This document shows positions 18,816-27,909 of a stretch of 64,000 bases of DNA, in pieces. Positions within the stretch are counted from its first letter, which is position 1. The number at the start of each line of letters is the position of its first letter. Position numbers and translations under genes: made by a program. Source of the DNA: a virus. The DNA lies in IMG/VR virus record IMGVR_UViG_3300046810_000166, positions 1 to 64,000 of that record; one strand, given 5' to 3'. The notes under the pieces were generated by a model. The model was not told the DNA's origin. It made no database searches and saw only the letters and a list, made by a program, of their open reading frames with translations.

Positions 18816-19664
18816 TCAAGCCTTGGGCGTCACGCGGTAGACCTTGCCGGTCAGGGGCTCGACGGCGGTGAGGCCGTGCACCGGGCTGGCGTTGGCGCGC
18901 TGGGCGAGGAAGGCGCCGGTATCGATGTAGATATGGCTGCCGACGCAACCCACCTGCTCGACCGGCGTGTGGCCGACGAAGGTGGGCGACAGGCCGGCGT
19001 GCTTCGACTCGTCCACGGTGCCATTGATCAGGTCGCGGCCCCACATGACGGACATCGGCACCGGGCTGTGGGTGTCGATGTTCTCCAGATCGCCCTCCAG
19101 ATCCGCGTCCGAGCCGTGATATTCAGCATGGATCACGTTGAAGCGCTGGGCGCCATCGCCGACCACGATGGCCAGCGGCAGCTCGGCCACCTCGGCGGCG
19201 AGGTCCAGCAGCTCCTCCTTGGTGATCGTGGTGGCCCATGCGCCGCCGTTGGCGATCCACAATTGCCAGTCGAACTTGGGCTGGCAGGCAGCATCGAGGA
19301 TCATCTGCTCATGGTTGCCGGCCACCGGGATGAACCACTTCTCGCGGATCAGCGCGAGGCACTTGAGCGAGTCCGGGCCGCGATCGCCGAGGTCGCCCAC
19401 CGAGAACATGCGGTCCTTCTCCTTGTCGAACTTGATCTCGTCCAGCAGCTGCATGAACAGGTCATAGCAGCCGTGCAGGTCGCCGACGACGAAGTCCCGG
19501 CCGATGGTGTTGGTGGCGTAGCGTTCCAGCAGGTTCAAGGGCTCTGCTCCAAGGTTGAGGTTGGCCGGCACTTCGGTCGGCAGGACCGGGGCAGCCTTGC
19601 GCGGCATGGCGGCGGACAGCGCCGAGGTCATCAGGGACATGGGGGGCAGGATGATGCGGCTCAT
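18816..19664 (-). CDS. Ser/Thr protein phosphatase (lambda PP/PphA-like metallophosphoesterase)
   Basis: GDLHG, GDLGDRGPDS, GNHE, VIHA, GHT, IDTGA. Confidence 0.92.
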   Translation of the reverse strand: MSRIILPPMSLMTSALSAAMPRKAAPVLPTEVPANLNLGAEPLNLLERYATNTIGRDFVVGDLHGCYDLFMQLLDEIKFDKEKDRMFSVGDLGDRGPDSLKCLALIREKWFIPVAGNHEQMILDAACQPKFDWQLWIANGGAWATTITKEELLDLAAEVAELPLAIVVGDGAQRFNVIHAEYHGSDADLEGDLENIDTHSPVPMSVMWGRDLINGTVDESKHAGLSPTFVGHTPVEQVGCVGSHIYIDTGAFLAQRANASPVHGLTAVEPLTGKVYRVTPKA

Positions 19665-19855
19665 TCGGGACATTTCTCGCAAAAAGGGGCGGTTACAGGG
19701 TTCCGGTGGTCGCACTTCGGGCACTTCCACGCGGGGTTGATCAGGGATGCCGCCGGGTGGGCCTTGGCCAGCTCGCCCAGCCCGGACGACCGATCGACGG
19801 TGGGCACCTTGATGGCTTTGCCGTCGATCGATTCAAAGGTTTCTATGTCAAGCAT
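19661..19855 (-). CDS. Small zinc-ribbon protein
   Basis: WKCPKC..N....FCEKC. Confidence 0.65.
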   Translation of the reverse strand: MLDIETFESIDGKAIKVPTVDRSSGLGELAKAHPAASLINPAWKCPKCDHRNPVTAPFCEKCPE

Positions 19856-20652
19856 CAGTTCTTCTCCTGCCGGGGCTGCGCCGCGCGGCGCTCCTCCGAC
19901 GATGGGAACGGCCACGGCGCGCGCGGCAGTTCGATGGGAGTGGGCGCGCGCCGGGCCAGCATCTCGGCCATCTCTTTCTTCTCGGCCGGCGTCAGGTCAT
20001 CCTCCAGCGGCAGGGCAGACAACACCTCCTCGTCAGGCTTCGGGGCGGGTGGCGGCGCACGGCGCGCGCGCTGCGTCGGCCCGGCCGGCAGCGGCACGAC
20101 ATGGGGCTGCAGGATCTCGCGCACCGCATGGCTGGCGCTGGCCGGCAGGTCGGAAAGCTCGTCAAGGCGCGGCGCGCGGGCGTTGGCCTGCAGGTTGGCC
20201 TGCAGGGCTTCGCGCGGGCGGCGACGGCGCGGCTCCCTCGACGGGATTACCTGCACCGGAACGGCCGGGGTGATCGGAGCCGCCAGCGGCAGCTCCTCGG
20301 GCTCTTTCTGCTCGGCGGGCGTCAGGCCGGCAAAGTGCGTCGGCTCCTCCAGCATCGCCTTGCCCACGGCGAGGTCGATGGCCTGCAGATCCTCGACCAA
20401 GCCGCGCGCGATCGTGTCGGCTGAGCTGTCATCCGGCAGGTCGATCAGCGGGCGGCCAGCGTCGACTGCGTGCAGGTTGATGCCCGTCAGGCGGCAGGCC
20501 TGCGTGATGTTCACCAACGCGCCGCCATCCGGCACGCACAGCAGCTCGATCTTGACCACGCCCTCGACCAGCTTGCCGGTGTCGGCGTCGAACACGCGCA
20601 GACTCACCGCGTCCGGGCCGCCCAAGAGGTGGATGCGGCGCAGGGCGCTCAC
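19855..20652 (-). CDS. Hypothetical protein with Pro/Arg-rich C-terminus
   Basis: GTG start coupled to the upstream small ORF. Confidence 0.6.
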   Translation of the reverse strand: MSALRRIHLLGGPDAVSLRVFDADTGKLVEGVVKIELLCVPDGGALVNITQACRLTGINLHAVDAGRPLIDLPDDSSADTIARGLVEDLQAIDLAVGKAMLEEPTHFAGLTPAEQKEPEELPLAAPITPAVPVQVIPSREPRRRRPREALQANLQANARAPRLDELSDLPASASHAVREILQPHVVPLPAGPTQRARRAPPPAPKPDEEVLSALPLEDDLTPAEKKEMAEMLARRAPTPIELPRAPWPFPSSEERRAAQPRQEKN

Positions 20653-20764
20653 TCGGGGCTCCCGATGTGGATGAAAGCCCATATCAGGCCACGACCCACG
20701 GCGCGGACCAGCAGGTAGGCCGGCACTGACGCGACCATGCCCAGCGCGATCCATTCGATGGGGC

Positions 20765-21265
20765 TCATGGGTGCGGCTCCCCGACCTTCTCGGTGCAGGG
20801 GCCCAGCAGGCCGCAGCGCGCGCAATCGGCCGGCGCCGGCTTGCCATCGGCCAGAAGGCTCTGGCTGCAGGCCGGGGTCTGCAGGCTGGCGTCGATGACC
20901 GTGATGTTGACCGAGTCGCCGGTCACGACCACGAAATTCAGGCCCGGCACGGCTTGGGTGATGAACGCGCACAGCCTCTCGCCGTCCTCGACCGACCCAT
21001 TCGGCGACTGGAACACCACCAGCTCGCCCGGCTTGGCGGTGATGCGCTGCACCTCGACCAGCACGGCCGGCAGGGTCGACAGGCTGTTCTTGGCGAACCA
21101 GACCTCGCCCCGGCCGTTATCGAGCAGGTAGCCGCCCACCTCGGGGCGGTGCTGCTCCATCCACGCCGCCGTCATGGCGGCGCCTTCATTGTCCTGCAGG
21201 TGCAGCATCGAGGAGCCGTTCACGCCCTCGGTGATGCGCAGGATCTGGCGGCAGGTGACGGACAT
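20765..21265 (-). CDS. Phage protein with W..H.P.VGGYL domain
   Basis: Motif shared with ORFs 21265-21939 and 28897-29724. Confidence 0.7.
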   Translation of the reverse strand: MSVTCRQILRITEGVNGSSMLHLQDNEGAAMTAAWMEQHRPEVGGYLLDNGRGEVWFAKNSLSTLPAVLVEVQRITAKPGELVVFQSPNGSVEDGERLCAFITQAVPGLNFVVVTGDSVNITVIDASLQTPACSQSLLADGKPAPADCARCGLLGPCTEKVGEPHP

Positions 21266-21939
21266 CAGGCATCCCCCTGCTTGGCTGCTTCCGCCATTTC
21301 GCCGTGGCGCTGCAAGTTCGCCTCATGATCGGAATCGGCTTGGGCGCGATCGTGCTCCTCCTGCACGGCGTCATAGGTGCTGGTCGACTCATCGGCGTTG
21401 GTGATCACGATCACATCGTCCTCGCCCACGGTGACGATCTCGCCCCGGTAGAAGTTCAGGGCCTTGCCGCGCTTGGTGGTGATGACGTAGCGGTCATTGT
21501 TTTCATGGGTGACGGCGCGGCCGTGGAAGGTGAACGACCACGGCATGCCATCCACCACGTTGCCGCCGGCATTGATGCCGTACTGGATGAACTCCTCGAA
21601 GGTGTAGCTGACCGGGTAGGCATTGCCGGCCTGCGCGGGCGCGGCAACCGGATCGGCGGCCGGCGGCACCTCGCCCACGTAGGCGAACGCGGTGGGGAAT
21701 TCGGCGGCCGGGATGAAATGGGCTTGGCCTTGGCCGCCACGGCCCGCCATGCCGAGGTAGCCGCCCACCTGCAGGCCGACCTGCGTGGCCCAGCTGGCCG
21801 GCAGGTCGAACTTTTCGCCGCCCTCGACGGTGATGCGCAGGGCCGGCTCGGCCTTGACATCGGCGGGCTGCAGGATCAGCTCGGCGGCGAGGATCTGCGC
21901 GGCGAGCATGCGGAAAGTGGATTGGTAGACCTTGTGCAT
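21265..21939 (-). CDS. Two-domain phage protein
   Basis: AGGAG RBS; W...GLQVGGYL domain plus GMPWSF.F.G..VTHEN domain; late motif at 21986-21993. Confidence 0.75.
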   Translation of the reverse strand: MHKVYQSTFRMLAAQILAAELILQPADVKAEPALRITVEGGEKFDLPASWATQVGLQVGGYLGMAGRGGQGQAHFIPAAEFPTAFAYVGEVPPAADPVAAPAQAGNAYPVSYTFEEFIQYGINAGGNVVDGMPWSFTFHGRAVTHENNDRYVITTKRGKALNFYRGEIVTVGEDDVIVITNADESTSTYDAVQEEHDRAQADSDHEANLQRHGEMAEAAKQGDA

Positions 21940-22094
21940 CGGGTGGCTCCTGTTGTTGGTGGTGAAGATCAGGAGCAATTCTGTTGTCACGACTTTCGGC
22001 GCGGGCATGGTGCCGTAATCAATTACGGGACCATCTGGCCGGGTTTCGGGCGCGAGAAGGCGGCCGGCGCGTATGAAAACGGCGGGATTTTGGG

Positions 22095-22214
22095 CGTTCA
22101 GCTGGGGTACACCCTAAGCGAACACAGCAGGAAGCCGCGCCACCGCGTCCGAATAGGGTTGTTTTAAATATTTCTTGACAAGTGTCCGACTAACTCTTAG
22201 AGTTCATCCATACA
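22095..22214 (+). other. res: Tn21/Tn1721-family res site (subsites I, II, III)
   Basis: I: CGTTCAGCTGGGGTACACCCTAAGCGAACA; II: CGTCCGAATAGGGTT...TTGACA; III: TGTCCGAC...TAGAGT..CC.TACA. Order and spacing match Tn21-type res as recalled. Confidence 0.75.
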
Positions 22215-22233
22215 CTTTTTGGAGGGCAATACT

Positions 22234-22707
22234 GTGAATATCAGCAACAATTCTACACCGGCAGCACACTCGCCACTGCCATTCGCGCTTCTGGACGAAA
22301 TGCCGCTGCACATCGTGGACGCCAACGGCGTGAAGATTGCCAAGCCGCTGGCCAACACGAACATGCCGGTGGAGCAGTACCGCGCCAACGCCCAGCTGCT
22401 GGTCGACGCAGCCAACCAGCATGCGGCCCTGATCGCCCGCGAGCGCCAGCTGCTGGACGCCCTGCAGGCCATCGCCAGCCTGCCGGCGGAAGTGACCGGC
22501 CCGGCCGCGCAGCCGCTGACCAAAGCCCGCACGATCGCCGCACAGGCGCTGGCCGGCACCCTGCCCTCGGAGCCGGCCGAGCAGCCGTTTCACATCGTTG
22601 GCGACACGCTGGTCATCGCGCTGCCGAATGGCACCATGAACGTCAACCTCACCACCGGATCGCTGGCTTACATGCCACTGCCGGCCAATCTCGGGAGCGC
22701 AGCATGA
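22234..22707 (+). CDS. Hypothetical protein
   Basis: GGAGG RBS; HSPLPF...ANAQLL..AAN phage pattern. Confidence 0.7.
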   Translation: MNISNNSTPAAHSPLPFALLDEMPLHIVDANGVKIAKPLANTNMPVEQYRANAQLLVDAANQHAALIARERQLLDALQAIASLPAEVTGPAAQPLTKARTIAAQALAGTLPSEPAEQPFHIVGDTLVIALPNGTMNVNLTTGSLAYMPLPANLGSAA

Positions 22708-23117
22708 TCGGCGAAGTCAAAACCTTCATCGACAGCCACGTGACCAACACCCCGCTGCACGGCACCACCTTCAACCGCATGGAGCTGGCCCACAACGATG
22801 TGTGGGCGCTGCGCCAGCTGGTAGACGCGGCCGCACAGCGCGAGCAGCAGCTGGAAAAGTCCCTGCAGGCCTACGTGGACTTCGCCGCGATGCGCCGCCG
22901 CGAGCTGGGCGAGCTGTCGCCGGAAATGGAAGCGGTCGACCTGATGGCGCGCGGCGCGCTGGCCGGCAACCCGCACCAGCCCGATACCCTCGCGTTCTAC
23001 GTTTGGCAGCGCGGCTACACCGGCCTCTCGTTCGGTGGTCATGAGGGCAGCGTGGCGCATGGCTGGCACACCGCCGGCGCCGAGGCCAAGTACCAGCAGC
23101 AGATGAGCCGCAGATGA
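22704..23117 (+). CDS. Hypothetical protein
   Basis: ATGA coupling. Confidence 0.7.
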   Translation: MIGEVKTFIDSHVTNTPLHGTTFNRMELAHNDVWALRQLVDAAAQREQQLEKSLQAYVDFAAMRRRELGELSPEMEAVDLMARGALAGNPHQPDTLAFYVWQRGYTGLSFGGHEGSVAHGWHTAGAEAKYQQQMSRR

Positions 23118-23368
23118 GCACCCGCCCCGTCAAAACCGTCTACATGCGCCACGACCGCGAGAGCATCGTCAACAGCGCGAGCAACCCCGAGCGCGCTGTA
23201 GGTCGCGCCGTCGAGCACATGAGGGCGAACAAGTACGATGCCCACACCTGCGAGGTCTACAACGCGGAAACCGCCACGGATTATGTGTCTATGCGCTGGA
23301 CCAAGGCCGGCGAACTGATCATCGTAGAGAAGCAGCAAGGCTACCACCCCACCCCTGAAAGCAACTAA
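23114..23368 (+). CDS. Hypothetical protein
   Basis: ATGA coupling. Confidence 0.65.
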   Translation: MSTRPVKTVYMRHDRESIVNSASNPERAVGRAVEHMRANKYDAHTCEVYNAETATDYVSMRWTKAGELIIVEKQQGYHPTPESN

Positions 23369-23375
23369 GGACACC

Positions 23376-24911
23376 ATGAGCCACACCGAACAACACGACA
23401 ATCTGCGCGACAACATCGGGCAGGCGATCGCCGACTATGCCGCCGAACACATGGACCCCGGCGGCAAGATCGGCATCGACTGGCTCAGCTCCAACGATAT
23501 TGACCCGCTGGCCGACAAGATCGTCCAGATCGTGGCCCAGCCCGCCGAAATGGGCGAGATCCTGCGCAAAGCGGCGAAGGTCGCGGGCGAATCGGCCGCC
23601 AAGCTGATGCTGACCGCCGCCGACGAGTGCGACCGCTTCTATGGCGGAATGATGAACTGGAAGGCCAACGCGCAGGCCAAAGACCGCACGATCACCGAAC
23701 TGCGCGAGCAGCTGGCCAAGCCGGCCGCCATCCGCCCGATCCGCACGCTGGACGATCACGCTGTGGCGCTGGCCGAGGTGCAGGCCCTGATGACCGCCGA
23801 CCCGAAGCCGGGCACGCCGGAAGGTGACCGCCTCGAAGTGCTGGCGGCGCTGGTGGAGGCATACGAGAACGCGCACTTCCCGATCAGCGCGGCGGCAGCC
23901 CAGCCGGCACAGGCTGGAGAAGCGGTAGACGCCGATGCGATTTTTAGCGTGCTGCACGACTGCATGGGAGGCGACATCAGCCGTGCGCGGTTGCGCGATG
24001 CAGCGCAAAAGGTCGCCAGTCTTGCCCCGGTATCCGCCCAGCAGGGCGCAGCCGTGGATGCGAAGCCTTACGGCTGGGTTCAATTCATCGACGGACAACA
24101 GACGCAGAATTTCGCACGCGACGAGGCCGAACTGGAAAACGTCAAGTGGGTCACTGGCCTTTCGTTGAAGGGCGAACACACCGTCGAATATGTACAGGTT
24201 TTCGACCGCCCCGAGGGCGCAGCCAAAGCACCGGCAGCGCAGGCTGTGCCGAATCGGATATCGGCCAAATGGTTGCATGCGGTCGCCCAAGATGCCGGCT
24301 TCAACCTGAACATGCTTGGCGAGCTAGTAGTGCCTTCACCACACCACGACGCCACGCCTTACTTGCGCAAATTCGCCAAATTGCTCGCCGCTTCCCCTGC
24401 CAGCACTCCCGAGTCAGCGCCCGAGCAACAGGCGACCGATGCAATCCAATTCCTGAAAAACGTTGTTGCTGATGCGGCCCCGATGTTGTCGCACGACTGG
24501 CCCAAAACTGCCGAACTGCTCAAGCACGCAGTGGCGCAGATCGAGGCGGCGCATGCACAGCAACCAGCAGCGCCGAAACTTCTGGGCGAAGTCGTCATGT
24601 ATCCGAACTACTCCACGGTGATCCGCTGGGTCGAAGGAGTCACGCCGCCGTCCGGCACCAAGCTTTACGACGGTCCTCCTACTGCTGGCGCAGCGACGAC
24701 CAGCGAGAAGCCGCTGACGCACGGCCACCGGGATGACTGGTATCTGCTGGTCAATGCGCGGCGCATCGGCCTGATGCCGATCCATCAGGTTGTTCGGATG
24801 CCGAATTGGGTGTTGGCCACAGAGCTGTTCGCCACCGGCAGCACCAGCGCGCACCAGATTTGCACCGACGCCGGGATCGACCCGGATGCCACCACTATCC
24901 ACCGTAAATAA
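23376..24911 (+). CDS. Mosaic phage protein containing a HigA-antitoxin N-terminal domain
   Basis: IRPIRTLDDH..AL.EV..LM.ADPKPGTPEGDRLEVLAALVEAYENAHFPI at 23730-23885; Ala/Pro/Gln linkers between domains. Confidence 0.8.
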   Translation: MSHTEQHDNLRDNIGQAIADYAAEHMDPGGKIGIDWLSSNDIDPLADKIVQIVAQPAEMGEILRKAAKVAGESAAKLMLTAADECDRFYGGMMNWKANAQAKDRTITELREQLAKPAAIRPIRTLDDHAVALAEVQALMTADPKPGTPEGDRLEVLAALVEAYENAHFPISAAAAQPAQAGEAVDADAIFSVLHDCMGGDISRARLRDAAQKVASLAPVSAQQGAAVDAKPYGWVQFIDGQQTQNFARDEAELENVKWVTGLSLKGEHTVEYVQVFDRPEGAAKAPAAQAVPNRISAKWLHAVAQDAGFNLNMLGELVVPSPHHDATPYLRKFAKLLAASPASTPESAPEQQATDAIQFLKNVVADAAPMLSHDWPKTAELLKHAVAQIEAAHAQQPAAPKLLGEVVMYPNYSTVIRWVEGVTPPSGTKLYDGPPTAGAATTSEKPLTHGHRDDWYLLVNARRIGLMPIHQVVRMPNWVLATELFATGSTSAHQICTDAGIDPDATTIHRK

Positions 24912-25450
24912 TGAACACACCAATCGAACGCATGAAGAAAATCCTCGCGCTGGCCCGGCGCGGGGTCGATGGCGAGAAGGCCACCGCCGAGGCGATGCTG
25001 GCCAAGCTGCTGGCCAAGTACAACATGACCATCGCCGACCTCGAAGGCGAGGCCCAGCAGGTCGAACGCCACTACTTCACCTACACGACCGACATCGAGC
25101 GCCGGCTGCTGATCCAGATCGTGGCCAACATCACCAGCGCCCAAGGCGTCCACCACTGGAAGCGCAAGGGCAAGCGCATGATCGGTTTCGAGCTCACCGC
25201 GCTGCAGTTCGCCGAGGTGGACGTGCGCTACGAGGCCTACCGCAAGCCGCTGCAGGCCGAGCTGGACAAGACCACCAACCGGGTCTATGCCGCCTTCGTG
25301 CAGGCCAATGACTTGGGCGTCAGCCGCGACGATGACGACGAGCGCCCGCTGCCCAGCATGGAGGATCTGGCCGAGCTGCAGGCCATCATGGCGCTGATGC
25401 AGACCATGAAGCCGACGCCGGTGCATCGCCAGCTGGAGAGCGCATCGTGA
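24911..25450 (+). CDS. DUF2786-domain protein
   Basis: IERMKKILALA..G..GEKATAEAMLAKLLAKYNMT. Confidence 0.8.
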   Translation: MNTPIERMKKILALARRGVDGEKATAEAMLAKLLAKYNMTIADLEGEAQQVERHYFTYTTDIERRLLIQIVANITSAQGVHHWKRKGKRMIGFELTALQFAEVDVRYEAYRKPLQAELDKTTNRVYAAFVQANDLGVSRDDDDERPLPSMEDLAELQAIMALMQTMKPTPVHRQLESAS

Positions 25451-25710
25451 GCATCACCGCCATCACCCGCACCGTGTACCGGGCACCCAAGGCCGGCCGC
25501 AACTACCTGACGCTGCGCGCCGCCTGCCTCGGCGAGGCCCGCGCCATCATCAAGTCCCGTTACCCGAGCGAGGCGCCGGAATACGAGGCCGGGCACATGA
25601 TCCATCCGGGCGCCACGTGGCATGACCTGCCGCGCTCGGATGTCCTCTACCGCCGCATGGCGCGCCGCGTGCGCGCCGCCTACGAGGCAGCGAAAGGCGG
25701 TGCAGCATGA
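25447..25710 (+). CDS. Hypothetical phage protein
   Basis: GTGA coupling. Confidence 0.65.
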   Translation: MSITAITRTVYRAPKAGRNYLTLRAACLGEARAIIKSRYPSEAPEYEAGHMIHPGATWHDLPRSDVLYRRMARRVRAAYEAAKGGAA

Positions 25711-25916
25711 TCTGCGGCGTATTGCACGGCGACGGCCCCGGCGTGCCCGAGGATGAGCACGGATGTCTCCTGCCGGTCAACCATGGCACTCAGCCGCATG
25801 AATACGTCGCCACCGATGGCGTCACCTACCAGTGGGAAACCGACCACTGCATGAAGTGCGAGGGCGACTACTGCACGATCTATTGGCAGAAAGACCAGAA
25901 AGGAAATGCATCATGA
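25707..25916 (+). CDS. Small Cys/His-rich protein
   Basis: ATGA coupling on both sides. Confidence 0.6.
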   Translation: MICGVLHGDGPGVPEDEHGCLLPVNHGTQPHEYVATDGVTYQWETDHCMKCEGDYCTIYWQKDQKGNAS

Positions 25917-26476
25917 TGGGACAACGCATCGGCTATGTGCGCGTCAGCACCGCCGACCAGAACACCGACCGCCAGCTGGAAAACGTGGTCCTTGACCGCA
26001 AGTTCGAGGACAAGGCCAGCGGCAAAGACACCGAGCGGCCGCAGCTGGCCGCCATGCTGTCCTTTGCGCGCGAGGGCGACACCGTGATCGTGCACTCGAT
26101 GGACCGGCTGGCCCGCAACGTGGACGACCTGCGCAAGCTGGTCAAGGCCATGACGGCGCGCGGCATCGTGGTGCAGTTCGTCAAGGAAGGGCTGACCTTC
26201 AACGGCGACGACTCGCCGATGTCCAACCTGCTGCTGACCATGCTGGGCGCCGTGGCCGAGTTCGAGCGCGCCCTGATCAACGAGCGCCAGCGCGAGGGCA
26301 TCGCGATCGCCAAGCAGAAAGGCGTCTACAAGGGCCGCAAGCGCTCGCTGGACCAGCAGCAGATCGTGGACGCGGTCGCATCGATCCGGGGCGGCAAGTC
26401 CAAGGCCGAGGTGGCGCGCGAGCTGGGCGTGAGCCGGTCGACCCTGTACGCGCATCTTCCCGTTTCCGAGCAATGA
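25913..26476 (+). CDS. tnpR: Serine resolvase (Tn21 TnpR-like)
   Basis: GYVRVST.DQN..RQL, VHSMDRLARN, AEFERALI.ERQREG, C-terminal HTH. Confidence 0.95.
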   Translation: MMGQRIGYVRVSTADQNTDRQLENVVLDRKFEDKASGKDTERPQLAAMLSFAREGDTVIVHSMDRLARNVDDLRKLVKAMTARGIVVQFVKEGLTFNGDDSPMSNLLLTMLGAVAEFERALINERQREGIAIAKQKGVYKGRKRSLDQQQIVDAVASIRGGKSKAEVARELGVSRSTLYAHLPVSEQ

Positions 26477-26483
26477 TTTGCCC

Positions 26484-26511
26484 TTGATTTTCAACGCAAT
26501 GCGGTTATAAT
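26484..26511 (+). promoter_or_regulatory. Promoter with operator upstream of the par operon
   Basis: TTGATT-16 nt-TATAAT; CGCAATGCG at 26495-26503. Confidence 0.7.
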
Positions 26512-26543
26512 TCCTATCTCATTCATATGAAAGGGATAGGAAG

Positions 26544-26765
26544 ATGAACACCAGCAAAGACAACAACACCATCACCCACACCGACGACGCCGAGCGCGAA
26601 TTCACCGCCGAGCGCGAGGCCGGGAAGCCTGTATGGCCCGACACGTGGCTGATCAGCTGGCCGGAAGGCGACAAGCGCTTCGCCGGCACGCCGGCCGAGG
26701 TCCGCGCGGAGATCCTGCGCATCAGCGCCGAGCTGGCCAAGGCCGACGCGGAGAGCGCGCAATGA
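26544..26765 (+). CDS. Hypothetical protein
   Basis: AGGAAG RBS, coupled to parA. Confidence 0.65.
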   Translation: MNTSKDNNTITHTDDAEREFTAEREAGKPVWPDTWLISWPEGDKRFAGTPAEVRAEILRISAELAKADAESAQ

Positions 26766-27421
26766 CGATCTACTGCGTGGCCAACACCAAGGGCGGGGTG
26801 GGCAAGACCACCACCGCCATCAACATCGCCGCCGAGCTGGTGATGGATGGGCGCGATCCGGCCATGGTGAACGGCGACCGCCAGCCCACTGCCGATATCG
26901 CCATCCAGAACCGCAACACGCTCGGCACCTTCCCGCCGATCCCCTGCTTCCACCTCCCCGATGGCCCGCAGCTGCGCGCACAGGTGCTGATGATGCAGAA
27001 GCGCTATCAAGACATCGTGATCGACGTGGGCGGCCGCGACTCCTCGGCCCTGCGCGCCGCCATGGTGCTATGCGACGTGATGATCATCCCCTTCCAGCCG
27101 CGCAGCATGGATGTGTGGGCGTTCGATGACCTGATCCCGCTGATCGATGAGGTGCGCAGCCTGCGCGGCGACTTCCCGGCCCTCGCCCTGCTGAACATGG
27201 CCGACCCCGGCGAGCACGCGACTGACAACCGCGACGCCGCCGCCTACGTGGCGAACTTCCCGCAGCTGCGCTTTATGTCCACCGTGCTGCGCCGTCGCAA
27301 GGCCTTCGCCAACGCCGCCGCTCAGGGCCTATCCGTGGCCGAATCGCGCCCGCGCGACGCCAAGGCGATCGGCGAGGTGGTCGACCTGATGACCGAACTG
27401 CGCGCCACTGTGCCCGCGTAA
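26762..27421 (+). CDS. parA: ParA (type Ib) partition ATPase
   Basis: KGGVGKTT deviant Walker A, DIVIDVGGRDS. Confidence 0.93.
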   Translation: MTIYCVANTKGGVGKTTTAINIAAELVMDGRDPAMVNGDRQPTADIAIQNRNTLGTFPPIPCFHLPDGPQLRAQVLMMQKRYQDIVIDVGGRDSSALRAAMVLCDVMIIPFQPRSMDVWAFDDLIPLIDEVRSLRGDFPALALLNMADPGEHATDNRDAAAYVANFPQLRFMSTVLRRRKAFANAAAQGLSVAESRPRDAKAIGEVVDLMTELRATVPA

Positions 27422-27433
27422 CAGGAGAATCCC

Positions 27434-27706
27434 ATGGCAATCATCCCCAAACCCACATCCGCCGACGCCTTCATCAAGGGCGCCCCGGATGCCGCCGCCA
27501 TCCCGGCCGGCAAGCCCAAGCGCGTCATGAAGGGCAAACAGGCGCAGTTCTCGCACACCATGCCGCCGGCCCTGCTGGACGAGCTGGACGCCTTCGCGGC
27601 CAAGAACAACCTCAAGCGCGCGCCGGCCATCAACCACGCGGTGCGCCAGATGCTGGCTCAGGGCCTGATCCTGAACCTCGTCCCGATCGACAAGGAGGGC
27701 GCGTAA
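27434..27706 (+). CDS. ParG-like ribbon-helix-helix centromere-binding protein
   Basis: AFIKGAPDA N-terminus and an RHH-like C-terminus, directly after parA. Confidence 0.8.
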   Translation: MAIIPKPTSADAFIKGAPDAAAIPAGKPKRVMKGKQAQFSHTMPPALLDELDAFAAKNNLKRAPAINHAVRQMLAQGLILNLVPIDKEGA

Positions 27707-27909
27707 TGCCTTACGAGGTGGATCTGGTCAGTGCTGCCCAGCTGATGGAGCAGGCCAACAAGATGACGCCGGCCCAGCTGGCCGAGCGCGTCACGTTCGC
27801 GCTGCATATGTATGGCGCGCCGGCAAGCATCAATGAGGCGGCCGTGTACGAGGCCGCCATCCGCTTTGTCGCCAGCGTCACCGGCGAGCGCCTGCAGGTG
27901 CTTCCATGA
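27706..27909 (+). CDS. Hypothetical protein
   Basis: TAATG coupling. Confidence 0.6.
   Translation: MPYEVDLVSAAQLMEQANKMTPAQLAERVTFALHMYGAPASINEAAVYEAAIRFVASVTGERLQVLP

Noticed and set aside
20922-20929. Extra GTCACGAC copy
   Set aside because: Intragenic and lacks the nAnnnT hexamer; it serves as a negative control for the late motif.
22095-26476. Intact Tn3-family transposon
   Set aside because: No transposase and no 38-bp terminal inverted repeats seen.
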